This document shows positions 19,058 to 29,202 of a stretch of DNA of 64,000 bases, one piece after another. Position 1 is the stretch's first letter. Every line of letters begins with the position of its first letter. The translations under genes were made by a program, and so were the position numbers. The notes under the pieces were generated by a model. The model saw only the letters and a list, made by a program, of their open reading frames with translations. It was not told the DNA's origin and did no database searches. The stretch comes from an uncultured Candidatus Micrarchaeota archaeon (GTDB taxonomy: Archaea > Micrarchaeota > Micrarchaeia > Anstonellales > Bilamarchaeaceae), in NCBI GenBank assembly GCA_963714085.1, contig OY970229.1, positions 448,001-512,000 on the forward strand. Direction: 5' to 3'.

Positions 19058-20344
19058 ATGGAAATAAAACCTTTGTACGCGGTCATCGCTCTCGTAGTCG
19101 TATTCCTGGCGCTGTTCGCGGCCAGCCAGCTCATGGCTCCGCCGCCCGTGGCGCCGGATTACTCGGCCCAGGCAGAGGCCATCTTCATGAGGGGGGCTTC
19201 GGCCGGAGAGAACGCGAGCGCCTACACCTACGCCTACACCGAATCCTCAAACGGCTTCCTCGAGAATTACACGCTCGAGTACGACGGGAGCATCTCGTCG
19301 GTCGAGGTGTCCAGCATCCTGTCCGACAGGAAGCTCTATTTCCTGAAGAACGACACCGTCCTGTGCGTGGACTTCGCGGGTGCGAGCGCCTGCTCGTCGG
19401 TGGAGAACGTGAGCGGCGCTGCTTCCTACGTCGCGGACATGCATGATCGGCTGTTCAACCCGGCCGCCATAGAGACGATGAAGGCCGATTACGCGTACAT
19501 GTACAACAAAAGCATACTGACGTTCTCGCCGGACATGCAGGAGATGGTCCTTCCGGACGGCAGGGAGTGCACCCAGATAGAGTACACCATCGATTACCAG
19601 AACATAACGCTGGAGGACATGAGCAAGCTGGGCGTCACGGCCGCGACTCCGCGGATATTCCAATTCGTGTCCTGCGTCGGGACCGACGGCGTCATCGACC
19701 AGCTGTATTTCAATTACACCTACCAGGGGAGCTTGTACACCGCCCAGCAAAAGCTCATCACCGCGGATTTCGCCACGGTGCCCGCGATAAACCCGCCGCA
19801 GAACCTGTCCGGAGACGCCTTCAGCATCGCATCCGATGAAAACACCGCGAGGGACGCTCTGTTCCAGTGCTATCTCTCCCAGCCAGAGGGAGAGGCGCGC
19901 GGCACGTGCATCCAGAACATCGCGCTGGAGCTGAGCGACAAGGACCTCTGCGACGCGGCAGGCACGGTGCGCGACAGGTGCCTGGTCTCGTTCATGCCGT
20001 ACATCAGGGACCCGAGCGTATGCACCACGATGAGCATGCCGGAGTTCAAGGACGACTGCTACATCGAGCTTGCCGGCGCGTACAAGAACAGCACCTGGTG
20101 CAACATGGTGAACGACAGCACGAAGAAGGACTATTGCTTGCAGATAGCCACGCAGTCTCCGGCGGAGAATGAAACCCCGGCGGCCAACGGGACCGGCTCC
20201 GTGGCACAGAACGCCTCGGAGAACGAGAGCGCGATCCCGGCGGCGGTGGCCGCGATCTTCAACGAGATGGAGAACTCGACCGGCACGGCGAACTCCACAA
20301 GCTCCTCAGGCCCGGAGAATTCCACCGCGAACGCCACGGGTTGA
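19058..20344 (+). CDS. Membrane-anchored surface protein with Cys repeats and S/T/N-rich tail
   Basis: N-terminal TM, many N-x-S/T sequons, repeated paired-Cys units. Confidence 0.75.
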   Translation: MEIKPLYAVIALVVVFLALFAASQLMAPPPVAPDYSAQAEAIFMRGASAGENASAYTYAYTESSNGFLENYTLEYDGSISSVEVSSILSDRKLYFLKNDTVLCVDFAGASACSSVENVSGAASYVADMHDRLFNPAAIETMKADYAYMYNKSILTFSPDMQEMVLPDGRECTQIEYTIDYQNITLEDMSKLGVTAATPRIFQFVSCVGTDGVIDQLYFNYTYQGSLYTAQQKLITADFATVPAINPPQNLSGDAFSIASDENTARDALFQCYLSQPEGEARGTCIQNIALELSDKDLCDAAGTVRDRCLVSFMPYIRDPSVCTTMSMPEFKDDCYIELAGAYKNSTWCNMVNDSTKKDYCLQIATQSPAENETPAANGTGSVAQNASENESAIPAAVAAIFNEMENSTGTANSTSSSGPENSTANATG

Positions 20345-20350
20345 GACCCG

Positions 20351-21562
20351 ATGAAAATAGCCCTGTTCACGGATACCTGGCATCCCCAGGTCAACGGGGT
20401 CGTCTCCTACCTGGACAGCATGCTCCCGTACATCGCCAAAGGCAACGAGGTCATCCTGTTCGCTCCTGGGGATTGCAAGAGGATAGAATCCGTGCGGGGC
20501 AAATACGGCGTGAAGACGTACTGGATCCCCGCATCCCCGTTCCCGTACTACGAGGGCTACCGTATGAGCGGGATGTACGCCCATGAGATATCCCAGATAC
20601 TCAAACAAGAGAAGCCGGACGTCGTCCATGCCCATGCGCCGGTGCTGCTGGGGCTCCAGGGCCTCGTGGCAGCCAAGAGGCGCGGCATCCCGGTGGTCGC
20701 CACATACCACACGCACTTCCCGGATTACCTCCCCTACCTGCTGGACGGCAAATTCCCAGGATTCGTGGGTACGCTGGGAAGGACCACGGTGAAGGGGCTC
20801 ATCAGGTTCGTGTTCTCCATGACCGAGAGCACGATCGCCCCCACGGACGAGCTGGCCAGGGAGCTGAGGGCGTACGGCGTGAGGAACGTCATCGTCATCC
20901 CCAACGGCATAGACCTGGGGCGGCTTAAGGCCACCGAAGCGCAGAAAGCCAGGTTCAGGAAGAGATACCGCATACCTGCGGGCAGGAAGCTGATACTCTA
21001 CGTGGGCCGGCTCGGCTTCGAGAAACGGCTCGACGTGCTCCTCGCTGCGCTCCCCAGGCTCAAGGCCAGGGACTGGTTCCTCTTGGTCGTCGGCTCAGGG
21101 CCGCAGCAGGAGGGCTACCTGCGCGAGGCCGAGGCGCTCGGCCTGAGGAATGCGAGGTTCACCGGCCTTGTCAGCGGCGACGAGCTGTGCGCGGCGTATG
21201 CGTGCGCAGACGTGTTCGCATCGGCGTCCGACTCAGAGACGTTCGGGCTCACGTTCATAGAGGCCATGTCCTTCGGAGTCCCGACCGTGGGCGTGGACAA
21301 GCTCGGCCCCAGGGAGATAATCAGGAACGGGATTAACGGCTTCCTGGTGAAGCCCGGCGACAGCGCAGCCATGGCGAAGAGGATAGATATGCTGCTGTCC
21401 GACGCGAAGCTGCGGAAGCGGCTGGGGGCGCAGGCGAAGGCCACGGCGGCGAGGTTCACCATAGAGAGCAGCGCTGAGGCCACCCTGCGGGCCTATCGGG
21501 AAGTCGTTGAGGCGAAGGGGAGGAAACGCGGGTGGGGACGGTTCATCCCGGCCATCAAATGA
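20351..21562 (+). CDS. GT4 family glycosyltransferase
   Basis: FTDTWHPQVNGV, TYHT, YVGRL..EK, ETFGLTFIEAM. Confidence 0.93.
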   Translation: MKIALFTDTWHPQVNGVVSYLDSMLPYIAKGNEVILFAPGDCKRIESVRGKYGVKTYWIPASPFPYYEGYRMSGMYAHEISQILKQEKPDVVHAHAPVLLGLQGLVAAKRRGIPVVATYHTHFPDYLPYLLDGKFPGFVGTLGRTTVKGLIRFVFSMTESTIAPTDELARELRAYGVRNVIVIPNGIDLGRLKATEAQKARFRKRYRIPAGRKLILYVGRLGFEKRLDVLLAALPRLKARDWFLLVVGSGPQQEGYLREAEALGLRNARFTGLVSGDELCAAYACADVFASASDSETFGLTFIEAMSFGVPTVGVDKLGPREIIRNGINGFLVKPGDSAAMAKRIDMLLSDAKLRKRLGAQAKATAARFTIESSAEATLRAYREVVEAKGRKRGWGRFIPAIK

Positions 21563-21658
21563 ACGCCTGTGTGATGCAAACCGCCAGTACCTCAACAGAA
21601 AAGCTTATATACTCGGAATGACAGAATATGTATGTTATCACAACATGCGGGTGGTTCA

Positions 21659-22408
21659 TTGGCTAAGAACAGGAAAGTATCAAGAAAGAAGACGGCAAGA
21701 CCTGTCGCCTCGAAGATGAAAGTGAAGGGCAAGACCAGGGTCGCCGCCAGGCCGCTAGCCAGCAGGAAAAGGGCCAAAATCACCCTTGCCAAGGCGAAGA
21801 AGACCACGAAAAAGGCCGCCCCATCGAAGAACACGGTCAGGGCGCCGATACTGTTCTCAGCCAAGAAGCAATCCATAAAGATCGTCAGCCCCACGAAGGC
21901 CGCCACCCCGGAGCAGAAGGCCGAGGTGGAGCACATCCACAGGATCCTTTCCGACGCCTATGTCAGGCAGATGCTGATAGAGATAGGCGGCGAGAACGCG
22001 CTCGAGATAGTGAGGCACTTCTACGGGAGCCACAGCGACGAGGAGCTCGCCAAGTCGCTCCAGCTCAGGATCTCGGACGTGCGCGCCACGCTCAACAAGC
22101 TGCACAGCAAGGGCCTAGTGCAGTACGCCCGCGAGAAGGACTCCGAGACCGGATGGTACTCGTATTCCTGGTCGTTGAACAAGGCCCGCATAGTGAAATG
22201 GGTGAGCGAGACCGCGCTCAAGGTCGCTGCCAACGCCGCGGGCGGGGACGGCAACCAATACTATTTCTGTCCGGCCTGCGGCCTGGGGTCCATCATGGAC
22301 TTCGGCGCGGCCACGGACAAGGAGTTCCGCTGCAACAAGTGCAACAAGTCCCTGGAATTCATCGAGGAGGAGAGGTTCTCGGTGATAAACCAGGTCCTCA
22401 GGAAGTAA
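21659..22408 (+). CDS. tfe: Transcription factor E alpha with Lys/Ala-rich N-terminal extension
   Basis: SDEELA..L......VR.TLNKL...[19 protein letters not shown]...FRCNKC; probable TTG start after GGTGG. Confidence 0.85.
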   Translation: MAKNRKVSRKKTARPVASKMKVKGKTRVAARPLASRKRAKITLAKAKKTTKKAAPSKNTVRAPILFSAKKQSIKIVSPTKAATPEQKAEVEHIHRILSDAYVRQMLIEIGGENALEIVRHFYGSHSDEELAKSLQLRISDVRATLNKLHSKGLVQYAREKDSETGWYSYSWSLNKARIVKWVSETALKVAANAAGGDGNQYYFCPACGLGSIMDFGAATDKEFRCNKCNKSLEFIEEERFSVINQVLRK

Positions 22409-22412
22409 TCCG

Positions 22413-22805
22413 ATGAGGGTACAGGAGCTGAACGCGTACCTCGTCGCGAACAACAATGGCAGGATCCTTTTTCTGAAACGGCCCGGCGGCTGGTGGGAAT
22501 TCCCGGGCGGAAAGATTGAATGGGGCGAGACCCCGGAGCAGGCGGCAATACGCGAGCTCAAGGAGGAGACCGCGCTCGTCCCTGCCGGCGTTCTGAAGAT
22601 GCTCGGCATGACCTCCGCGACCTACGAGAAGGATGGGAACGAGAAGCATTCTATTTACATCGTTTATTCTTGTGAAACTACGAGCGACCGCCAGATCATC
22701 TCCGGCGAGCACATGGAGGCCCGCTGGCTCATGCCGCAGGAGGCGAAGTTCCTCAAGCTGGGGCTGAACGCCGAACCTGTGCTGGATATGCTGGATGCCA
22801 AATAG
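22413..22805 (+). CDS. NUDIX hydrolase
   Basis: Nudix box [22 protein letters not shown]. Confidence 0.93.
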   Translation: MRVQELNAYLVANNNGRILFLKRPGGWWEFPGGKIEWGETPEQAAIRELKEETALVPAGVLKMLGMTSATYEKDGNEKHSIYIVYSCETTSDRQIISGEHMEARWLMPQEAKFLKLGLNAEPVLDMLDAK

Positions 22806-22820
22806 CGCCAAGGATAAGAT

Positions 22821-25355
22821 TCAGACCCCTTTGAACTCCTGCACCATCTTCTCGAGCTCCGGATAGGTTAGCAACATCACCGAATTGGCCTCGACCTCCA
22901 GCTTCATCACGAGCGGCGCCTTGGTGATGGAGTTGAGCTGGCCCGCGAACTCGCCCTTCTCCACGTCGTCCTTGAAAAGCACGATGGTGATGCCCTTGCT
23001 GAGCGTAGAGAGCGCCCTCGTGAGGACGTCCGCGGCGTTGGTCTTGTCGTAGAAGTGCAGGAACATCTGCTGTCCTACCACGGTTATCTCGCTGTCGCAC
23101 ACCTCTGATTCGCCGAGCTGGGTGAAGGGTATCGCGTTGTTGACGCAGATGTCCCTCAGCTTGCGGAGCATCGCCAGGTAGCGCACGCTGTGGCCGGCCT
23201 TCGGCTCCCACTCCTCGAGCCCGTAGTAGTCGAGGAACTCCTTCACCTTTTTCATCCTGACGAGCTGGTTGAGCAGGAACTCGGTGTTGTAGTCGGTTAT
23301 GAATATCGGGTTGCCCCGGAAGTACATGTTCTTGAACCCGTTCTTCACCTCGCTCGCCACCAGCGGGGTGTACTCCCACCTGTAGGTCGTGTTGACACGG
23401 TCGAACACGGACAGCACGGCGTCTGTGGTGAGCGGTATCTTGGTGCGCGAGACCGGCGGGAAATCAGGCACGTCGATGGAGAAGAAGACCTGCTCCTGCC
23501 TGGCGAAGTACAAACCCACTCCCATTATGGCCCCTGCGAGCAGCACGACCAGCAGGAGGCCGGGCGGGAACGGAGGCGGCGGTATGGGCCTGTAGTAGGA
23601 CGCGGTCTTCTGGAAGTTCCCGGCGGTGAATGCGAACGTGTGGTTGCCGTAGGAGAGCGCGTCTCCGCCGCTGTACTGCGAGATGTCCACGCTCAGAGGG
23701 CCTGCGGAGACGCCGCTGAAGTCCTTCTTGAACTTACCGCTGTCCAAGTCGACGCTGAGCGTATCGAGCGTGATCGGAGTATCCACCTGGAATATGTAAA
23801 TGGAGGGCTTCGCGCCCTGGGTCGGCCCGGTTATGGATATGGACTGCACGTCCAGGTAGGTGGAGGCGTAGACCTTGCCCGTGTCGTCCTCCAGGCTGAC
23901 CATGTACTCTCCCTGGTCGAGGGGGATCTGCACGTCCAGATTGGCGTTCTGGGTCTGGGTGTTCACGGTGCCCACTGGGGTGCGCAACACCTCGGTGCCG
24001 TTCAGATCCATGAATGCGAGGGACATGGATGGCGATGCGGGGGTGGGCTCTGCGAGATTGGCGTTCAGCCTTATCACCCCGCCCGTGATGTTGGTGTTCG
24101 TGATGGTGAGCTGGGGCGTGTAGAGCTCGCCGAGGGAAGACTTGCCCACGTTGAGCACCTTCATGTCCTGGAAGGATGAGCCCCTGGGCGTGAGGCCGGT
24201 GAACGACACCTTGACGCTGCGTTTCACTCCGTCGTAGGGCAGGCTGAAGAACTGCTGCGTGCCTGAGAGGCCGGTGGACAGGTTGTCTGCCCTCAGCGTG
24301 TAGGTCGAGCCGGCGTTGTCCGGCACCGCCCATGGCGTCTCCACGACTATTCGTGCGATGTCATGGGCTGCCGCCACCGGGTCCGAGCGCCAGCCGCCGT
24401 CGATGGTCTGAGGGACCATGAGCAGCGTGCCGTTGCCGAAAGGGAGCACGGAGACGCATCCGTAGGCCATCGCGGCGCCGTCCACCTGGTAGAGCGGCTG
24501 GAAGAGCGTGAAATTGTCCGTGCACGTGGGCGAGGCCGTCTCATCGAAGGATATCTGCAGGGACGCGTACACGTCCTGGGGCGTGGTTTGCACGAGCGTG
24601 CCGTTGAGCATGGACTTGAAGGACTGGCCGATGTACACCACGACCACGCCCTCGTTCATCAGGCGCATGATGCTGCCATTGCCGGCCAGCAGCTGCTCGG
24701 GGACCACGCCTGACGGGATTATCACCTCGGCGCCCCTGGGCACGGTCTCCAGCTGCTGGAAAGATATCTCGTCGAGCACCACGCCCGTGCTGCCCAGATC
24801 GCCGCGGAGCGCGGTGAGGAAGTCCGAGTAGCGGGTCGCCTCGATCCGATTCGAGTTCAGCACGAACACCTGCGTCGGCAGCTGCTCGGGGTAGGTCTTG
24901 AGCGAGATCGTGTAGTTCATGATCCCGCTGGTGTTGTAGTTTATGAAGAGCATCGCGACGTGGTCGTTGCTGCCGCGGGACGCGGCGCTGATCACGCTGC
25001 CGGAGATTATCTTGTTGGACAGCGACGCCTTCTCCACGGGCTGGACCTGCGTGTACCCGGGGGATATGTTCGGCATGAGTAGCATCAGTCCGGCAACCAC
25101 GAGGATGATGGCGATCACGAACGCAGCCGCGATGGGCAGCAGGTTGAATCCGCCGGGCGCAGGCGCTTCCTTGGCCGGGCCGGAGGCTGTGGGCGTAGCC
25201 GCCTTCTTCGGGGCCAGGAACGCCTTGAGGGAGTCCCTGAGCTTGTCGAGCCCGCTGCGCGCTATCACCTTGTAGCGCAGCACGTACTGGTATCGCTTGT
25301 GGGCTTCGAACTTGTATATGCCCCTGCGGATCTTCAGTGCGCCTATCTCGACCAT
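22821..25355 (-). CDS. Two-TM membrane protein with ~500-aa external domain
   Basis: TMs near aa 70-92 and 600-620, sequon-rich middle, conserved-looking cytoplasmic tail. Confidence 0.8.
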   Translation of the reverse strand: MVEIGALKIRRGIYKFEAHKRYQYVLRYKVIARSGLDKLRDSLKAFLAPKKAATPTASGPAKEAPAPGGFNLLPIAAAFVIAIILVVAGLMLLMPNISPGYTQVQPVEKASLSNKIISGSVISAASRGSNDHVAMLFINYNTSGIMNYTISLKTYPEQLPTQVFVLNSNRIEATRYSDFLTALRGDLGSTGVVLDEISFQQLETVPRGAEVIIPSGVVPEQLLAGNGSIMRLMNEGVVVVYIGQSFKSMLNGTLVQTTPQDVYASLQISFDETASPTCTDNFTLFQPLYQVDGAAMAYGCVSVLPFGNGTLLMVPQTIDGGWRSDPVAAAHDIARIVVETPWAVPDNAGSTYTLRADNLSTGLSGTQQFFSLPYDGVKRSVKVSFTGLTPRGSSFQDMKVLNVGKSSLGELYTPQLTITNTNITGGVIRLNANLAEPTPASPSMSLAFMDLNGTEVLRTPVGTVNTQTQNANLDVQIPLDQGEYMVSLEDDTGKVYASTYLDVQSISITGPTQGAKPSIYIFQVDTPITLDTLSVDLDSGKFKKDFSGVSAGPLSVDISQYSGGDALSYGNHTFAFTAGNFQKTASYYRPIPPPPFPPGLLLVVLLAGAIMGVGLYFARQEQVFFSIDVPDFPPVSRTKIPLTTDAVLSVFDRVNTTYRWEYTPLVASEVKNGFKNMYFRGNPIFITDYNTEFLLNQLVRMKKVKEFLDYYGLEEWEPKAGHSVRYLAMLRKLRDICVNNAIPFTQLGESEVCDSEITVVGQQMFLHFYDKTNAADVLTRALSTLSKGITIVLFKDDVEKGEFAGQLNSITKAPLVMKLEVEANSVMLLTYPELEKMVQEFKGV

Positions 25356-25367
25356 CGCAAATCACGC

Positions 25368-26168
25368 CTATTTGAGGACTTCCAGGTAGCCCTCGCCGAC
25401 CAGCCTGTTGAGCATCTGCTCGACCCTGGCCTCCGGGATCTTGTACACCTTGGTGAACTCGATCACGTTTATCTCGCCGTTGTGCTCCATGACCCACTCT
25501 TGGAGCTTGGCCTTGAGCGCGTCGTCCGACAGGACCTCGAGCGCCTGGACCCGCAGCTGCATCTCGTCGTTCGAGGCCTTGAGCTCGTAGTTCTTCGTGG
25601 TCAGCGCCTCGGACTGGTCCTGGAGACGCTCGACCTTCTTGCGCAGGTCGTCGGCGTCCTTCTTCATGGAATCGTAGGCGGTGTAGAGCTTGGAGTAGTC
25701 CATGGTCACGGACTCGAGCAGGTCCTTAACCGCGGCCTCGATGAGCTGGTAGAGCACCTTGTTTTCTATCGGGTATGACGACTCGACCAGGGTGAGGATG
25801 TTGAGCAGGTAGCGAATGACGTCGAGCTTCCTCTTCCTGGGCGCGATCTCGGATGGTATGGAATACAAGACCTCCAGCTCGTCCTTCTTCAGCTTGAGTA
25901 TGGAGAACAGGTAGGGGTTCTTGTTTATGTCCCTGGACTCCACGTAGACCACGTTGACCGCGTCCTTCTCAGGAGCGACCTCCAGGAACGAGATGGTGCG
26001 CAGCGTGTCCGATATGTCCTTCGCCGTGCCGATCATCTTCGCCTTTATCTTGAATCCGTCGACCTTCGGCGTGAGCGATGCCGCGCCGGCGGCCGGCTGC
26101 GCTGCGGCTGGTGCGGGTTTCGCGGCGCTACTGGCCGCTGCCGCCGGTTTCTGCTGTGGTGGCGCCAT
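25368..26168 (-). CDS. Coiled-coil protein with C-terminal winged helix
   Basis: Heptad region aa ~165-215; VEQMLNRLVGEGYL. Confidence 0.75.
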   Translation of the reverse strand: MAPPQQKPAAAASSAAKPAPAAAQPAAGAASLTPKVDGFKIKAKMIGTAKDISDTLRTISFLEVAPEKDAVNVVYVESRDINKNPYLFSILKLKKDELEVLYSIPSEIAPRKRKLDVIRYLLNILTLVESSYPIENKVLYQLIEAAVKDLLESVTMDYSKLYTAYDSMKKDADDLRKKVERLQDQSEALTTKNYELKASNDEMQLRVQALEVLSDDALKAKLQEWVMEHNGEINVIEFTKVYKIPEARVEQMLNRLVGEGYLEVLK

Positions 26169-26175
26169 GTATCAT

Positions 26176-26646
26176 CTACCCCTTCTTCCCGGACGGCTTC
26201 CTCGCCCCGGGTGCTGGCTTCCCCTTGCTCTCGATCTCCTCTAGCGCCTCGGGGAGCTTGGGCTTCCCTGCCTTGGGCCCCTCGCCGGGCCCCTTGTCCA
26301 GGGCGGGCGCGTACTTGAACACTATCGCGAAAAGCAGTATGAAGAGGCCTATGAGTATGGCCGAGATGAACGCGAATATGTCGAAGCGGCCGGACATGAT
26401 GATGGTGAGCACCAGGAGTATGACGACCACGGCCGCCAGGACTCCGAAGAGCACGAGCGAGCGCTCGAACTCCTTCCTCCGCTTGTCGTGGACCGGTATG
26501 TCGTCCTCGCACACGTAGAGCTCGTTGTTCTGCGCGATGTTGAAGGCGGACTTGACCTTCCTGATGGAGCGGATGATGGCGTCATCCTTGACCGGTACCG
26601 CGCTCTTGCCCTCCACGTCCTTCTGGCACACTATGCAGATCCGCAT
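26176..26646 (-). CDS. Small two-TM protein with N-terminal Cys motif
   Basis: CIVC...VC, two hydrophobic helices, basic tail. Confidence 0.75.
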   Translation of the reverse strand: MRICIVCQKDVEGKSAVPVKDDAIIRSIRKVKSAFNIAQNNELYVCEDDIPVHDKRRKEFERSLVLFGVLAAVVVILLVLTIIMSGRFDIFAFISAILIGLFILLFAIVFKYAPALDKGPGEGPKAGKPKLPEALEEIESKGKPAPGARKPSGKKG

Positions 26647-26650
26647 GGCA

Positions 26651-28234
26651 TCAACCCTCGAGGACGACCTGGGTTATCTCCTTGGCGCCGCCTTCCGTCT
26701 TCCTCATGTCCACCTTGCCGAACACGTTGATGATCGTGATGTCGTCCAGGCCCGTGTCTTTGAGGAAGTCGCCGATGTTCCTCCTCGCCACGCCGAACCG
26801 CTCGAGCGTTATCACCAGCGACACGACGTCCAGGTGCCGGTTCTTCTTCTCGAACATCTTGGTGAGCTCCTCCACCTTGTCGTCCCCGAGCCCGAACTGC
26901 CTCATCTTGCGCCTGAAATCCTCCTTGATGAATGAAACGCTTTTGGCCATGTTGACATCCCTCTTCTGCTTGACGCTCATCACTTCGTCCAGGTCGAGGA
27001 AGAATTCCTTCGCCGGCTCCTCTCCGATTATCTTCTCCAGCAGGAACGTGGATGGGTATGGGGTCGGGGTGGTCAGGGCCATGTTCACGGCCGCCTCGCC
27101 GACACCCAGCCTTGATATCTCCTCGCGCATGTAGTTGGAGAAGTTCAGCGAGCCCTGGAGGTAGTCCAGGAACTTCTCGAACTTCACCTTGAGCATGAAC
27201 GTGGTGCCGACGTTGGAGAATATGGCCTCGGATATGTCCGTCGGGTTCTGGGAGGCGACGATCATGCCGAAGTTGTACTTGCGTCCCTCACGCACTATCA
27301 TGACCAGGTCCGAGTTCTCGTCCTTCGCGATCTTCCACGCCTCGTCCACCACCAGTATGAGCCGCAGCCCCTTCTCGCTGGACCAGCCGGAGAGCCGCAT
27401 CTTCTCCTTGGCGAACTGCATGAGCGTGAGCGCGGCCATGGCCCTGAAGGTCTCGTCCGGCAGGCCAGAGAGGTCCAGGTCCACCAGCCCGGACGTGATA
27501 AGGTCCTCCAGCTTCACAGTGGACTGCTGGGCGAAGAAATCCTCGCCCGACTTCGTGTACTGCTTGAGCCTGTAGATGGCGTTCTCCAGCTCGGCCGGGA
27601 ATTCGTAGGTGCCCAGCGATGCCTGCTCCTCGAGCAGACGCACGACGTCCTTGAGCGTCGGGGCGGTGAGCGACTTGCCCAGCTCGTCCTTCTGCTCCCT
27701 CGCGTCCATGCGGTACTTGGCCTCCACGTAGGCCTTCTCCATGGCCTGCTCCGTGAGCCGCTTCTGCTCCGGGTAGTTCGCGATGTCCGTGAGCATCTCC
27801 AGTGTGCGCATTATCTGCTTGAGCCTGTCGTAAGGCTTCATGCCGCCCAGGTCCAGTATGTTGAGGTAGGAGCCCTTGCCGAGGGATATCACCTTGCCCC
27901 CGGTGTCCTTGACCCAGGGCTTGTATTCCCCGGCCCAGTCGAATATGAGCGCGTTCGCGTTCCACACGAACGCCGCGCGCAGCAGGAAGGTCTTGATGAA
28001 GTAGGACTTCCCAGAACCGGATATGCCCACAACGGCTATGTGCGGGTTGGGCACGTTCTGGTAGTTCCAGTAGAACGGCGCGTGGAATATCTTGGTCTTG
28101 CCGATGAAGATGGAGTTCGCCGGGTCGTCGCACAGGACGGAGAGCGGCGGCTCTGGGGGGTAGACCAGCAGGTTCCTCCTGCTGAGCTCCCGGTTCGAGA
28201 CCTTGAGAACCTCCAGCTTTCCGCTCAGGACCAT
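26651..28234 (-). CDS. VirB4/HerA-FtsK superfamily ATPase
   Basis: NPHIAVVGISGSGKS, LVVDEAW, REGRKY, ASQNP; ATG 28234 follows a GGTG RBS (GTG 28243 is an alternative). Confidence 0.88.
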   Translation of the reverse strand: MVLSGKLEVLKVSNRELSRRNLLVYPPEPPLSVLCDDPANSIFIGKTKIFHAPFYWNYQNVPNPHIAVVGISGSGKSYFIKTFLLRAAFVWNANALIFDWAGEYKPWVKDTGGKVISLGKGSYLNILDLGGMKPYDRLKQIMRTLEMLTDIANYPEQKRLTEQAMEKAYVEAKYRMDAREQKDELGKSLTAPTLKDVVRLLEEQASLGTYEFPAELENAIYRLKQYTKSGEDFFAQQSTVKLEDLITSGLVDLDLSGLPDETFRAMAALTLMQFAKEKMRLSGWSSEKGLRLILVVDEAWKIAKDENSDLVMIVREGRKYNFGMIVASQNPTDISEAIFSNVGTTFMLKVKFEKFLDYLQGSLNFSNYMREEISRLGVGEAAVNMALTTPTPYPSTFLLEKIIGEEPAKEFFLDLDEVMSVKQKRDVNMAKSVSFIKEDFRRKMRQFGLGDDKVEELTKMFEKKNRHLDVVSLVITLERFGVARRNIGDFLKDTGLDDITIINVFGKVDMRKTEGGAKEITQVVLEG

Positions 28235-28251
28235 TGTAAGCACCTATGCGA

Positions 28252-29067
28252 CTAGATGGTCGCCTCCTCGAGATCCTGCGGAGTGACCGGGAAGAACCTC
28301 TCCCATTCGAAGCATTTGAGCATCTCCTCGCCTTTTAGCCACTTGACCTCCACGTTCAGGGCGTTGGAGAGCACGGTCATGAGCTCGTTCGCCTGCGCCT
28401 TGGCGGATGCGGTGGCGCCCTCCTTGCTCAGGGCGGCCGCCGTGGTCATGGCATAGGCGATCACACCCATGGGCTTCACGCCCTTGATGAGCTTGTTCAG
28501 CTGGAGGTCCCAGTGGGCGACCTCGCGCTCGTACTTGTCTATCTTGAGCACATCGGCGTCGGACTTGTCCCTCTCGCGGGCAAGGCGCAGCTGGGCCTCC
28601 GCCCGCTTGGTCTCTATCTGCTTCCTCTTCTCGCCGATGTCCTCCACGTAGAGCATGTACGCGATCTTGGTGACGTATTTCAGGTTGGACACCGCGCGCT
28701 CGAAGAACTCGTTGTAGGCGATGTTCTCCTCGGTCGCCTTCTCGGTGGCGGACTCGAATATCTTGATGCCGAGGAAGACGCTCGCGTAGTACACGCCGTT
28801 CTCCATCTGCTTCACTATGACGTCCTCGCCTGCGGGGATCTCGTAGCCCCCGTCCATCTTCATGATTATCCTGGTGCGCTCCGTGATGATCGGGATGAGC
28901 AGGTAGCCGTATTTCCAGAAGATGAATGTGCCGAAGGCGCCCAGTGCGCAGAGTAGGGCACCTATTATCGTCGCGCCGCTCGAGCCCTGGCCGAACATGA
29001 AAACGAAGACCAGGCCTATCACCGCGGCGCCTAGCGAGCCGTATATGAACATCTTTCCTTCTGCCAT
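28252..29067 (-). CDS. Two-TM membrane protein with coiled coil, possibly a VirB4 N-terminal-like domain
   Basis: N-terminal TM pair; alpha/beta domain interrupted by a coiled coil; directly upstream of the ATPase. Confidence 0.7.
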   Translation of the reverse strand: MAEGKMFIYGSLGAAVIGLVFVFMFGQGSSGATIIGALLCALGAFGTFIFWKYGYLLIPIITERTRIIMKMDGGYEIPAGEDVIVKQMENGVYYASVFLGIKIFESATEKATEENIAYNEFFERAVSNLKYVTKIAYMLYVEDIGEKRKQIETKRAEAQLRLARERDKSDADVLKIDKYEREVAHWDLQLNKLIKGVKPMGVIAYAMTTAAALSKEGATASAKAQANELMTVLSNALNVEVKWLKGEEMLKCFEWERFFPVTPQDLEEATI

Positions 29068-29168
29068 ATGGATACCTCGCGTGGTACGTGCTGATTCTGA
29101 TGGACTTAATGGGACTATATTTAAAAAGAGTATCGGCAGCGGCGTACCCTACGTGCCATGCCAGCACG

Positions 29169-29202
29169 TTTATAAACTCTTTGCCACTAATTATAACATA
29201 TG
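29169..29202 (+). promoter_or_regulatory. Duplicated leaderless promoter, copy 1
   Basis: TTTATAAACTCTTTGCCACTAATTATAACATATG; 33/34 identical to 30321-30354. Confidence 0.7.

Noticed and set aside
26651..28234. ATPase as DNA-repair HerA or part of a conjugative element
   Set aside because: No N-terminal HAS barrel evident, no nurA/mre11/rad50, and no relaxase, integrase or att sites nearby.
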